From Botryllus schlosseri (Eukaryota): a stretch of DNA of 64,000 bases. Location of the stretch: the NCBI GenBank assembly GCA_051294905.1, contig CM119371.1, positions 40,240,001-40,304,000 on the forward strand, read 5' to 3'. Under the pieces are notes generated by a model. The model was given only the letters and a program-made list of their open reading frames with translations, had not been told where the DNA came from and did no database searches. Below, in pieces: positions 1-12,766 of the stretch. The stretch's first letter is position 1. Each line of letters begins with the position of its first letter. Both the position numbers and the translations under genes were made by a program.

Positions 1-34
1 TCATTCCAACCTTGATGTTAAAGTGACCGCTTAC

Positions 35-106
35 ACCGCCAGTCATGTCGATGACATCTTCTCCGTTCTTTAAATCAAAACAGTTTCCGGCAGACAACTT
101 GACAAC
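35..106 (-). CDS. Probable further NLR exon (VVKLSAGNCFDLKNGEDVIDMTGG)
   Basis: Acceptor acaattttcAG at 107, phase 0, open frame. Candidate donor ggt|GTAAGC at 34; the frame also stays open to the window edge. Confidence 0.55.
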
Positions 107-429
107 CTGAAAATTGTTCAGAAACTCGAGTATTCCATCATCCCAAAAATATTGTGACGTCATATCAGACATACGGTGATGACAACAGCATCGGAATACG
201 TCACCAACACGGTTCCCTGATTTAGCAAAAGAAATCGGTGAAAATTCTGTGTAATAAGCCAAAAGTCACACTGGTTAATAGAGTTGACTTGTAACTAAAA
301 CTGTAAGCACCGCAAACGGTATTCCAGCATTTACGCCACGAGACATTTTTGAGGGATTTTTGTCTTTATAATCGGCGCGCGAAATAAGAAAGTTTGTCAT
401 TGTGTGCATGCATATAATTATATATATAC

Positions 430-1011
430 AAGGGTAGTTCAAAAATAACTTTTTTTCGGATACCCGGGATTCACTGATTACATTGTTAGGTTGCCTAAAA
501 AAACGCTGCATACTAAATTTGGCTCAATTCCTACCAGTAGAGGCCGACGCAGAGCCAGTTGAAAATAATTATTTTTAATATAATTACTGTAAGCCTCATG
601 ATATTGTTGAGTTGTCTACGAAAACGATGCGAAACAAATTTGACGTAACTGCAACCCATAGGAGCCAAGTTATTAGAGTTTTTCAATAATAATTTTCGGT
701 TTTCCCACCGACAATGCTACTTTTGAACTTTCAACCGCAATAACTTAGTTTCTGCTGGTTGGAATGGAGCAAAAAATGTCATGCTTCGTTCTTTCAGGTA
801 CCTGAACAATCTTATGGAGTTGGCAGTAAAAGTGGAACAATTTATTTTTCAATTTTGGTATAATAAATTCAAAATTTCAATTGGCTCTGCGTTGGCTTAT
901 ACTGTTTGTAATCGAGCCAAATTTGATGTGCAGCGATTATTTAACCAACCTAACAATTTAATCAGGAAATCCACGGAATCTGAAAAAAAAAGTTATCTTT
1001 GAACAATCCTA
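430..1011. mobile_element. MITE with long imperfect TIRs (TAGG-type termini)
   Basis: agggtagttcaaaaataacttttttt...gctgcatactaaatttggctc is mirrored by gagccaaatttgatgtgcagc...aaaaagttatctttgaacaatccta. Related ends at ~9595, ~27600 and 56351-56651. Confidence 0.7.
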
Positions 1012-2928
1012 ATGTATATGTGTATTGCATAATATTGTATGCATGTTTTATGAGCAGACCTGATATGGCATGATAGTGACTTCTACTATACTGTTATACT
1101 GTTATTATCGGCAAACAATTTGCCGATGCGATGTCAGAAGTCACTGTGTTGACCTATTGCTAATTAGATGGCGCTTTCTTGAGGACTTGAAATCATCCCC
1201 TGCGTGCTAATTCATGTCTACATGCTCACTCTAGAATTGCCGCGCTCCCAGTAATGTTGCTTGCTACCGAAGGTAGTCACAAGCACACAAGTCGTTTTCG
1301 ACTACTTCTAGTACTTACTCAAGTAAAACTAATATTTCGCTATACTTTTCACTATTTACAGTTTGTGAATTAAATGATTATATTATTCCAATAGAGAGAG
1401 AGAATGAGACTAAAAAAATATAGTGACGTTTTTTGCCGAGTATCAAAAATAATTTACCTATCACAAAAGTTTAAAAAAGTTGGGAATGTTCGTCGTGCTT
1501 CAAGCAAAATAGATATGGAGCGACAAGAATGTTTTCATGGAACTGTTGGTCAGTATCATTTAGGTAGGTTCATTTCATAACATACTTTCGCCTATATGAC
1601 ACGTTTCATCGTGCAGTAAATATGGCTCGGAAAAGATATTCGGAACTATCTCATCGTAATCTTGCACCCTAGCCGCACAGCAAGTGTTCAAACAGGGAAA
1701 AAGTGGTCCTTGACTTTTTAGCGCTAGACCGTTGAGCGTCAATCACTGTTGAAATCGTCTGAAACCTGTTTTACATATTGTAGTTGAATTTCTCTTCATG
1801 CACGGTATCATTACAGTTGGTTTTTTAATCAATCTTAGTTCTTTTGTCCGAGACACATGCGCATAGAAGTGTAATATTACGAAGTAAAATTGAACGTGAA
1901 TGGCATTTTACGATCTACCCTATTGTTGTTTCACGTAATACTCATCGCACAAATCGGTAATACCATTTCTAATACAACTCAATATCGCTTTTCGCCTCAA
2001 CTACGGGTCTTATAATACTGTAGAGGGCATAATTCCATGACATTCTCTGAAATCGAGCTCTGGGGTAAACGAAAGTTGAGAGCCTCTTTTCTGAAGCAAA
2101 ACCATCATTTGCATCCCACGATGCGGTCTAATTCTTATGTGTGGAAACTTTGTACTGAGCAGCACGAATCCATCTCTCTGTGCCATTCGAAGGGCCCAGT
2201 TTCCGGCTTTTGACAGCCAATGACAGCGTATTTATGACTGCTTCTCACAACTACTTACTTAGTTGCTTGCATGAGTACATTTTAGCTTCGCTACTCCTAA
2301 TTCTACTCTCAAAGTAGTTTTAGGATGCTTAAAAAAGGACTACTTTTACTCGTACTCGAGTAAATTTTACCTTCGCTACTTCTACTTCTTCTTGAGTAGA
2401 TTACATGACTGCATTGACCACCTCTGCTTGTTACTCGTGCAGTGCATTTCGCAGTGGCATGTGGCGTTGGGACGCGCAACTGCGACATAATTTGTAACGA
2501 ATATTTATGACCAGATTATGAATTCATTCGAGTTGCCAATAAACTTGATCACCAACAAACTGACAGGAATCCAGCACGCCAATATCGAACTTCAGTCGAT
2601 TGTGTATTTAGTAGAAAGCTGATTTCTATGTTTAGGTCTCGACATTCGGTGAGCGTTCCTAGTGCTGCTGCTACTCTACATAACTCGCCATTCCACTGAA
2701 TTCGATTGCATAGCCCGGTATTAATGAGACGTGCGAATATGAAAACATCATATCAATGGTAAATGTACGTCTTCTGGATGAATGCAGATGGCTTGTAGCA
2801 AAATTCCTTGTCTAGCGACGATGACGTCACGGATCATGAGCGATGATAATGTTACAAGTCGCCGCATACCCACATAAAATTACGCCTACACTTGTTAGTA
2901 CGCAACTAAATCTTAGAATCGAACTCAC

Positions 2929-3033
2929 TTCCCAATCCAAATTCCCAGATAGCGACTCAATCCGACGATGTCCAAGTAATGAACGCAGTGCTGTTGCTGA
3001 GAATTTGTTATTATCCAATGTCACTTCCTTCAC
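2929..3033 (-). CDS. NLR LRR-like exon (VKEVTLDNNKFSATALRSLLGHRRIESLSGNLDWE)
   Basis: Acceptor tttctatcttttcAG, donor gaa|GTGAGT. 105 nt, phase 0-0, with an LxxLxLxxN-type pattern. Confidence 0.75.
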
Positions 3034-3843
3034 CTGAAAAGATAGAAATATGATATGAAGTGTTGACCAAAACTAAGTGTGCAAGTAAGTTTGACAGCAA
3101 GTCATTAGCATCAAAATACCAAGTAACTGAGCTGTAATCGATTCGCTTTACTATTGAAGGATCTTCGATGTAACCGACATTACAAAGTGATATCTAAAAG
3201 GGGATGATATCAGCGACTGTCAGAAAATAAAATCTCGATTGCGAGTGTTTAAAACTAATATCATGCCATTCATTACCATTATATTTGGAATAATTTCAAA
3301 ATCCTTATTCGCTATGCATTAAATTCCAACAACAGGAGTCGATTCCAGATTTACATAATTGTGCGTGTGAGCAGCAATCCCTTGCATATTGAACGATATG
3401 AAAAAATGGGTCACATTGGAGATTACTGAAGAAATTTCGACCAACATTCATGCGAAAATGATTTGACAGGAGTAATATTATTATTATACTAATACTCGTA
3501 TGTGTTCCGAAAATATTCAAATAATTCTGCGAAGATGGAAAGCCAATATTTACATTTAAATCATTTTATAAAGACACCAGAAAGATTATACACAAAATTT
3601 CTACGACCAAAGACGGAAAAATATAGATTCCTCCATGAAGGCAAACCAAAGACACTCAATTTCATCAAATTCACTGTTCTGACGCACAAGGACTGAGCAG
3701 GCGATGATCAACACTGTCGTTGATGCGTTACAAGACTATTGATAATACCAGGGGTCAGCAGTGTTCAGCCCGCCAACTGTTCCGCTCAGGTCCGGATTCA
3801 GTTGCACATGTAAAACGTTTGCAAGAAACCCAACCTGCTATGT

Positions 3844-4710
3844 CAGTGGTTCTCAAACCTTTTGGACACGCCCCCCTTGATGGTAGTGAAAAATTCCGCG
3901 CCCCCTTATCGTCCATATCAAAAAAATACTAAAAAGTGCAGCAAGAATACTTGCAATCCCAACGCATAGTCTGGTGGTATGTAACGTTATGACTGTTGAG
4001 ATACCATTAAAATATCAAATTGGGACTAAAGACCAGGGATGGCTGCTAACCTTTCCAGCCAAAGTGCAACAAGAGATTTACGAACCATTGGGTGGGCCAC
4101 TTGAAAATTGATGACCTGTTAGTAGTCGTCCAATAAGAGCGAACCGTATTAGGTAACAGTGAAAACAAGACTTATATTACAACGCACCAAAATCGATAGC
4201 AATTATGTCATTAAAACCCAGTGATAACCGCGCAAAGCGAGTAATTTTTTCCAAGTTATGAATGAATTCCGTCAATAATAATGGTACTTGCATTTATTGT
4301 TTGTCGCCCCTGTATACTGCTGGGCTCATTTGGCAAGGACTGGATTATTCAGGACGTGGACATATCAATATCGAAGATTTTGTCGAACATGCGTCTATCA
4401 TTTTGTGCCAAGGTTTCGTTGCCAACAATCTTTCTGCGACTGTAGAGATGTAGACTAGGCTTGTTCAAAAAAAACTTTTTTTTCCAAATCTCACTCGCCT
4501 AGTGACTAAATCGTCAGGTTGTCACAATCCAGCGCCGATGTATGGGCGCTACAATGCAACTAACACATTCATAATCGTGGTATATTTCGGATTATTGACA
4601 CTGTTAAAACTTGCGGCACATATTAAACTCATTCCGTGTTCAAGAAACTTCATGTCTCCGCTTCGCGCCCCCCTTGAGATGCTTTCACGCCCCCAGGTTG
4701 AGAACCACTG
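3844..4710. mobile_element. hAT/Charlie-like MITE
   Basis: TIRs cagtggttctcaa / ttgagaaccactg; flanks tgctatgt / tgcaatgt (7/8 TSD). Confidence 0.8.
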
Positions 4711-6211
4711 TGCAATGTGATCAGATGCTTTGCTTTGAACTATATTAATGAATCACTTTGCGGGACAAGTCTTGAAGACTTATTATCATTTTAGAGTAGA
4801 ATTTCTAATTTCCAACTAACTGACGTGTAAGTTGCGTCACGCAATCGTTTTTCCGAACTCAACAACACTAAATTTCTTTATAAAAAATTTATAATAAAAC
4901 AACCATTGCAGTGATCTCCACTGCAGTATAGGAAGTAGGTCAATGGGGACACGTAGGCTATGTCACGCCCTCAAGTTTTCACCTATTGTCATTTTGACTT
5001 TGGAATTTGAAGAGCTTGTTGGAGGTACAGAACTTCAATATGCTATTGAATAATGTATTCATATTGAAATACACCCGATTATTTTTGACTGACACTCCGT
5101 AGATGTAATCGTCAGCAGCTGTAAGAGAATTGAAAAGGACCTATAATATCAACAGTCGTATCACCAAATAAACTAAAGCTACATTTTGTTGGAAACGGGT
5201 ACTTGTCAAAATGTTCCACTTAATTTTTCCCGCGCATTCGATATCGCTTCTGCATTTGACGAAGGCATACGAATCAAATCCCTTCATCATTGCAACGATA
5301 GAATATAGTAGTACAAGCCATAGTCGTTAAACCAGGGTATGATGAGTATGCTGCATTTATCCTGTATTTTTGGTAGGCCTATGCGGCATACCTGCAGTAG
5401 GCGTGTTAAAAAATGGCTTTTCTTCAAATTGCACTGGCTACTTGATAAAATTGCTGATAAAAAGCTGCTCAAAACTATTTCAAGTGGAAGTCGAATTGCT
5501 GTCTATGAAAACTACGCGAGTAAGTAAGTAGTTTTAAAAAGCAGTAACAAATACGCTCTCACAGACCGCTTAAACCTGGAAACTGAGAGCTGGTTCTGTA
5601 TTGCTACATCCCTGCGGAATCATTATGGCATAAGGATTCTCTTGCATCATGCAATACAAATGATAGCTTTGCCATGAAAAAGTGGTTATGTAGGCCTACT
5701 TGTTTTGGCCCCAGTGCCCCCTTTCAGAATATATGACGATATTACAATTTTTCTCGTAGTACAAGGCCCGTAGTTAATAACACGATGAACGATACGGACA
5801 GGCTGGTCCGCATACGACATTCACGCTTTGAACGATGAGGAAGGCACCTGGAAATATGGACGATCATACTATAATTCCAAACATTTTGATGAGTGCCATA
5901 TACTGTGATGAAACTGTCATATTGACAATGATATGGTCTTAAAGTTCGCACATAGGACAGCAATATAAACCATATTGAGCGAGAGGGGTTAGGCATATGT
6001 ATTTCGCGCGAATCATGGTAAAACTTCCGAGAAAACAGCCCCTGAATTTCATCATCTTGATTTTATTCTTTCTCTTATCGGACAAACTGTAAATAATGAA
6101 TAGTAAATAATTATTTAACCAAATAAAACGAAGTTCAAGTTGAAGTAGCTGGAAATTGGATTTACTTGTGTAAGTAAATAGCTGGTTCGCGGTACAGAAC
6201 TTGAATATAGC

Positions 6212-7898
6212 TTTCAATACAATATCCATTGTAGAATAATATTTATTAACTCGAAGACTTTTCGGGTGCCTCTTTTCAAGAGTTATCGGCACACTAAAGG
6301 GATTTGAACAGATTTAAAAGCAAAACCAAAAAGGCAAAGTATGACGCAACAGTCAAAATCACAAACCATGAAATTCGCATTGTACCAATGGCAACAATAA
6401 CAAACTATGAAGTATACGAACATACGGTACTATAGTAACAGCACAATTTGTAAATAAACAATTACACGCACGGAACAACACGCACTAATGAGAAATTTGT
6501 AGGTTATAGAGGAAATCTTTTTGTCTGCATAAAATAGGTTTGCTCAACTGAATAATAGTAGACTCCAACACTTTTAAATGAAACACAGATCTACCACGCG
6601 CAATGACAGTGAACATATTGTCATCATAGTGCTGTGCACAGGCAAGGTTTTCACTCAGATGCTGACCAATTGACGAAGCATATGCTTGGTAATCATCATA
6701 GCAGTCTGTTTTTGCAGCCAATTTGCACTGACGTGCGAGCTCCGTGCGATCATTTGCGCAAGTTTTTGACCGAATCGATTTTGGGATATGCTGCTTAATA
6801 CGCTCAAACAATCTTTGAGATGTACGTCCTACATCCCTACTATCAGAGTGGCACTTGTATTGGTAAACAACATTACTTGCATCAAAGGCAGGAAGTACAT
6901 CTTTTCGAGAGTTGGGTAACAAGCGTTTCGTCGTGTACACTACATGCGTGTTAACGCTGTAATAGCAACGGTGAACAGCCGATTTAATAAGCTTTTCAAA
7001 ACGGCTAGACACGTTACCTAGCCAAGGTAGGTGCAAAAATGCCGGGCATTTTTCTGGGCCATATTTTGGAGCTGTATCCGATTTTTTCAATACCCTAGAG
7101 ATGGAGCATTTTAATATGTGGTCCGGATAGCCATTTTTGGAGAGAATCAAGTGGATATCATCCAATTCGCGTGACAGTTTTTCTGGTGAGCAAAGGCGCA
7201 AGGCGCGATTAACGAGCGATGAAATGAGGTTTAATTTACGCCGCTTCGGGCAAAATGAATCCCAACGAATATAGTGACCAGTGAAAGTAGGTTTTCTGTA
7301 CACCGACGTTAAAAACGTTTGTCCTGATCTCTCTACTAAGACGTCTAAAAAGGGGAGGGCAGCATCAGCTTCCTTTTCCACGGTAAATTGTAGAGCTGGA
7401 TGGAGACAGTTCAATTTTTCGAAGAAATTATTACACTCTCGCTCATTTTTAAAGGCAACAAAGGTGTCATCGACATATCTAAACTAGAGGAGAGGTTTTG
7501 CGACGTTTTCAAACAATTTCTTTTCATGGTATCCCACAAATATATCGGCCAAACTAGGTCCCAACGGTGAACCCATCGCAACACCATTACATTGACGGAA
7601 CATCGTGTCATTGAAGCTGAATTCAACGCTACTCGTAGCAGTTTGCAACAATTCAAGAAATATTTTACGCGGTAGTTTCGGAGGTTCAAGCGTGCCATTA
7701 TAAAGCGCGTCTGCGCAGATTTCGAAAGTTTCCGCCAATGGTAAGTTGGTAAAAAGACTTTTCACATCAAATGAGCTAAGAAATACATTGGACGGATTTA
7801 ATTTAGAACGTTTTAATTCGTCTATAACTCTTGAAAAGAGGCACCCGAAAAGTCTTCGAGTTAATAAATATTATTCTACAATGGATATTGTATTGAAA
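6212..7898 (-). mobile_element. 5'-truncated Penelope-like retroelement (RT C-terminal half + GIY-YIG endonuclease) with inverted terminal repeat
   Basis: FDVKSLFTN, QCNGVAMGSPLGP, FRYVDDTF, LPFLDVLV, VYRKPTFTG, then VVYQYKC...VGRTSQRLFERIKQH. 6212-6286 and 7824-7898 are a perfect 75-bp inverted pair. Confidence 0.9.
6485..7800 (-). pseudogene. Penelope RT/GIY-YIG ORF with in-frame nonsense codon
   Basis: ORFs 7484-7765 and 6485-7414 are the same frame, separated only by TAG at 7484-7486 (KPLL*FRYVDD); 5' end truncated near 7800. Confidence 0.85.
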
Positions 7899-8020
7899 AC
7901 TTGTGTAAGTATGTACTGAAAGTAGAGAAAAACTACTCAAGTACCGTACTTTCAAAAATTGGTAACGAAGGACCGTAACAAAGTACTTCTGCTTTTTCAA
8001 AGAGCTTCGTTACCTCTTGA

Positions 8021-10217
8021 CAGTGTTGGGATCAAGTCCCTACCTTCTAGTTACGAGTCATCTCGAGTCATTGCACATTTTGACCCGAGTCGAGTTAAGT
8101 CACTCGGATTTTGTAGGTGATTCGAGTCAAGTCGAGTCACTCAAATTTTGGTGACTCGAGTCGTATCGCTCACACGTAGGCCTACGATCAACTGCTTAAC
8201 TTCCTATAAGTAACTGTATAGCCTCAGTCTATCATTATCAGTTAAAATAGAGAGTTGAATATGAAACCTCGGAAAGTAAAAACGCGTTGATATGATGCAA
8301 CGCAATAGCAACCGACACATCAGTGTTGTGACCAAGTCGCAAGGTTCAGAGTCACAAGTCAATCGAACTTTTATAGTTTGGACTCGAGTCAAGTCAAGTC
8401 ATTTTCAATACACCATCGAGTCAAGTCCGAGTCCAAGTAATAATGATCATTATTCAGTTTTCAGTTCAATCCGGTTCAACCCACTTGTTTTAACTCTGCT
8501 ATAGTGCTATGGAATTGCTCGCATTCATAATAGTAATTTTCCTCAGTTTTACCAGTTTCTGGCCCTATTTTCCAAGTATCAGTACTGACAGACGAAATAC
8601 CAATAATGTGGTGACTTCACTTTCCTTCGAAGTTACAACGAAATGTCTGTCTTGGCCGCCTCAAACTCGAGGCGTATGACTTGGTTCGAGTCATGCACAA
8701 ATTCGTCATTTTACGCATTTGAAAAAATGACTCGAGTCAAGTATAGTCGCCAAAAAATCGCGAGTCGAGTCAGGACTCAAGTCATTACGACTCTGCTACA
8801 CGTCCGTGAGATCTGTGCCGGCAGTTGAACAGTAATATAAACCCAAAAACTTCATTATAATTCGATTTAAATTTTGCAAGAGGTTACCGACCATTATAGA
8901 CGCTGAACTCTAATTTACCATGGGTATGAGCTATGAGGGATCAAGGACGTCATAATAGTGAGAATTGACAAATTAGCCGACTCGCAGTAGTAGGTTGTAT
9001 ATGTTGAGAAAATTACGATATTATTAAGCCGGCGCAGAGCCAGCCGGTCACCTGCTGATTTGACTTCAAATTTACCAAGGCAGCATCGATTTACTAGGTT
9101 CAAGTTCATGCCCCAATCCTAATAACACATCGATCGCATCAGCTTCATCACGTTAACGAGCTCGCATGAACGATTATTATATATACTCCACATCTCACGT
9201 TGCTCTAAGATTACTAGCGGCTCCGAGCTCACAATCTTCCGTCAATACGCATTACACAATCGGTCCGTCTCGGGAACAAACGAATACGCATTTCGACAGC
9301 AAACGCAAACGACAGCAAATAAACTAAAGTTCAATGAGCTATTTTCACAGATACTAAGTCTCTTCTGGACTCCGTTCTGTACTGGAAGTAATTACTCGCA
9401 TTAGATCAATGTATTGCTGCTGATTTGCCCAAGTGGACAGAAGCACTACGAAATACATTGCTGATTTCTAAATCGCACAATTCAGCAACAATTCTGGGTG
9501 TGCCGCATACTCGAAAATAGTCCTAGGTATGCTCGGCATCGGCATACGAAGCATACTTGATTTCAGCGCCTGTGCCGACCCCAATGAGCACTGTAGGGCT
9601 GTTCAAAAATTTTTTTTATTTTATTATTTCACTCCCTATGTTATACAGTTATTATGTTGGCTAAAATAACGCTGTAAACCAAATTGGGCTCAATTCCGAC
9701 CAATAGAAGCGACGTTATGGTAGTAAAAAAATTTGGATTTGAATAAAATAGCATATACGGTGGCAAACTCTTTCATTAATTAATATGAAATTATAGAATT
9801 AGAAATTGAGTAGTCTATAGAAGAGAGATATTTTGCCATTAGATCATTTTACTACTATAGTTTACGAGCTCCGATCACTTCATTTGCGGTCAATTTATTT
9901 GTGATAGAAGAATGGAGACCCAGTAAAGCGCACAATCTTCGAGTGATTTCTCAGTGTTCACGCTCCTAGGTTACACCAGCGTATCGAGAACAATCCGAAT
10001 ATATGCAAGATCCGTCATTTTGGTTGACACCGTTACTTGATGACTTGAAATTGACTCGTAAATTTTGTTATGGGTCACAGGTCAATCCACATTTCTGAAA
10101 TGACGAGTCAAGTCAAGTCATGTCAAGTCAAGTCATTTTTGCAAAGTGACTCGAGTCAAGTCAAGTCATACCAAAAGAGTGACTCGAGTCTGACTTAATC
10201 GAGTCATCCCAACACTG
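8021..10217. mobile_element. hAT-type MITE (CAGTGTTGGGA termini, GACTCGAGTC/CAAGT subterminal repeats) with nested insertions
   Basis: cagtgttgggat ... atcccaacactg; flanks cctcttga / ccgcttga (7/8). A related element lies at ~8321-8795 inside. Confidence 0.75.
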
Positions 10218-10512
10218 CCGCTTGATATACATACCGAATACCAGTATCCGTACCACATCCAAAAAGGAACTAGGGCGGTCCATTAATACACACCGACGCA
10301 GTGACATTTGAAAGCATGTATCTGGAAACCGGAGCGATACCCTGCGTATTCAACCTCATCGGCTAGAAAAGGCCAAGAAGTGGGCCGTGCTACAAGTCGG
10401 CTGATACGGAGAGTCGACAAAGGCCATGATTACCCGAAACAAAAACCTCATCGGCTGAATTGAACTTGGTCATGCTAGAAAAGATAACTATCATCCGTGC
10501 ACAGCAACTTTA

Positions 10513-10717
10513 CTCAAAAATTATATAACTTGGCTGTGTCGATTATTGAGATTCAAGTATTTTATTCAAAAATTATATAACTTGGCTGTGTCGATTATTG
10601 AGATTCAAGTATTTTATTCAAAAATTATATAACTTGGCTGTGTCGATTATTGAGATTCAAGTATTTTATTCAAAAATTATATAACTTGGCTGTGTCGATT
10701 ATTGAGATTCAAGTATT
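10513..10717. repeat. 52-bp tandem repeat, about 3.9 near-identical copies
   Basis: Unit caaaaattatataacttggctgtgtcgattattgagattcaagtattttatt starts at 10515, 10567, 10619 and 10671. Confidence 0.95.
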
Positions 10718-12458
10718 CCATCGCGCGAGCAAATGGTGACTTTTCATATTTCATAGCGCAGTAACACTCAGACATTGTTTTATCTTCGTTAATAAACAAT
10801 GATTGGGAGGGAAACTGATATCCGTGAATTCTACTGGCCTAATTCGTCTTTAGTGAACTTAATATATTTCAAATGACAAGTAAGAACTGTGAGTGTGGTC
10901 TGTGACTGGCAGCCTGTTAAACTAATTTTGCAATTTACATAAACAGGTTTCCAATTGTGGAGGAATTGAAATGTCGTCCACAGAGTTACCATTGGTATAA
11001 TATCTGCTGTGGAGATGGAAGAGTACATCACACCAATGTGACGTCCACCAGCTTCAGATATTGGACAAAATTGCTACCCTGCATGGGACAGGCGATATAT
11101 TACACTGGTACACACATATTTTTGGGCAGAAAAAGTAAGAGTGGGTTTGAGGGGTCTGGAGGGCACTGATTCCGAATATGACCTTACTTTTTTCAAAATG
11201 GTTCTTGTTTTGGAGATAACGCATTGTGCTATTTTGAACAAAATCTCCCATTTTCGCAGTAATGGCTAGATAAAAAAATCGGCTCAGGCGCACTATAAAG
11301 TTTACAAATTCAATCTACTTGTTCTTTTTACATGCAATAGACTCTTTTAAATCAAAATACAGCAACAATGTTATAGTAAGGAGTATTAGAATTTTAAGAC
11401 CAACTGTTTGTAGTTGAGTGTTTTGTGACCAGTGATCCTTTGAAAAGTTTTATTTACGACATGTTAGGATAAATGCCATGCAGTGAGCTCCTTCATAATA
11501 TGAAATTGGAATCTTTCATCAGTACCGGTATTCGAATCGGAAATCGATCAAGGATACCAGATTTAAGCTTCTCGTTTGATAGGGACACTAGGGGTATACC
11601 CACTTTGTTGATTCAGCGGAAAATTATCCATTCACAAGTCAAAAGAAATGAGTATTATAGTTGAGCTTTTTAAGGAAAAATTTTATAGCTTTGTGCTTCT
11701 CTTTATTCTTGGTACAATGACCAAGTGATAAAGGGGAATATGTTCTTCCGGCTCTCAGACGTTCTGCCAAAAAAAATCATTTTGTTGAGCAGTGTTATAT
11801 ATGAAATGGTTGTTAATTTACAGTTCAATCAAATACCGGTATTATTTTAAAAATTGCAATAAATTTAAACTACACCGGTACTTCAGATTATTGTACCTAT
11901 ATGATTACTACTATCAGGGCAGCGTTTTGAAAAGCTCTAAATTCATATGTTGTGTACCATAACTAAATCGGGGACGACGTCAAAATGATGAGCTTCGATG
12001 ATCTCATGATAACTCTAGAGGTGACATTGCAATTCTAACTCAAGTACACATGCGAATGTTTTTATGTAATTGCAATATGGCGTAAAAAATAGTCATTCGC
12101 ATACCGGTAGTAAAATATCGACTGAAAAGCAAATCTGTATCGCGTGCTTTGTCAAATCGAATTTGATCATGAAATCAGGATTGGTTACTGACAAAGCCAA
12201 CGAAAATGTTAAACTGGCAAGGTGAATATGCTCGTTTAGTGCTGAATTTTTTTTCGTGTTACCAGAGGAATTCACAACACGCACTAGTCCATAACGCTTT
12301 ATCTACATTCCCTCCCATGAGGATCTCACATTATCGAATACTAAATTATTGAAGGCATCACATTGAAAATCGCATTAGGTATGAATTCGATTCGATGAAT
12401 CTAGAACACCGCTATTTGTTGTTTCCTACGAAAGCTTTGATTTAATAAAGTGACTCAC

Positions 12459-12766
12459 TTGAATTCGATTTCCCAGACACCTTGCAATGATGCCCAACAG
12501 CTCATCGTCGATACTGCAGGCTTCTAATCCCAAAGAACGAAGGCTTTGACTCCTTGCTGCAAGCGATCCAACGATATGAGCTTCATCGCGACTCAATGAG
12601 ATGCCAGATACACCGATGACGTCAAGATCTTTCATGAGATTGCCGTCGTCTGATTCATAGATCGCTGTATAAAGTTCCACGAGAAGGCGGCTGTTTTTCT
12701 TATTCTCCTCGAGTTGAAGGCGAAGCGATAGACCAAAAACTTGTTGCTTCTTTGTTCCATCCGAGA
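12459..12766 (-). CDS. NLR exon: post-NACHT helical region and first LRR-like repeats
   Basis: Acceptor gttgcgtcacAG (phase 1 matches the NACHT exon). Reads SDGTKKQQVFGLSLRLQLEENKKNSRLLVELYTAIYESDDG...LRSLGLEACSIDDELLGIIARCLGNRIQ (RI-like LRR). Donor caa|GTGAGT, phase 0. Confidence 0.8.

Noticed and set aside
10513..10717. 52-bp repeat as CRISPR
   Set aside because: Head-to-tail identical units without spacers.
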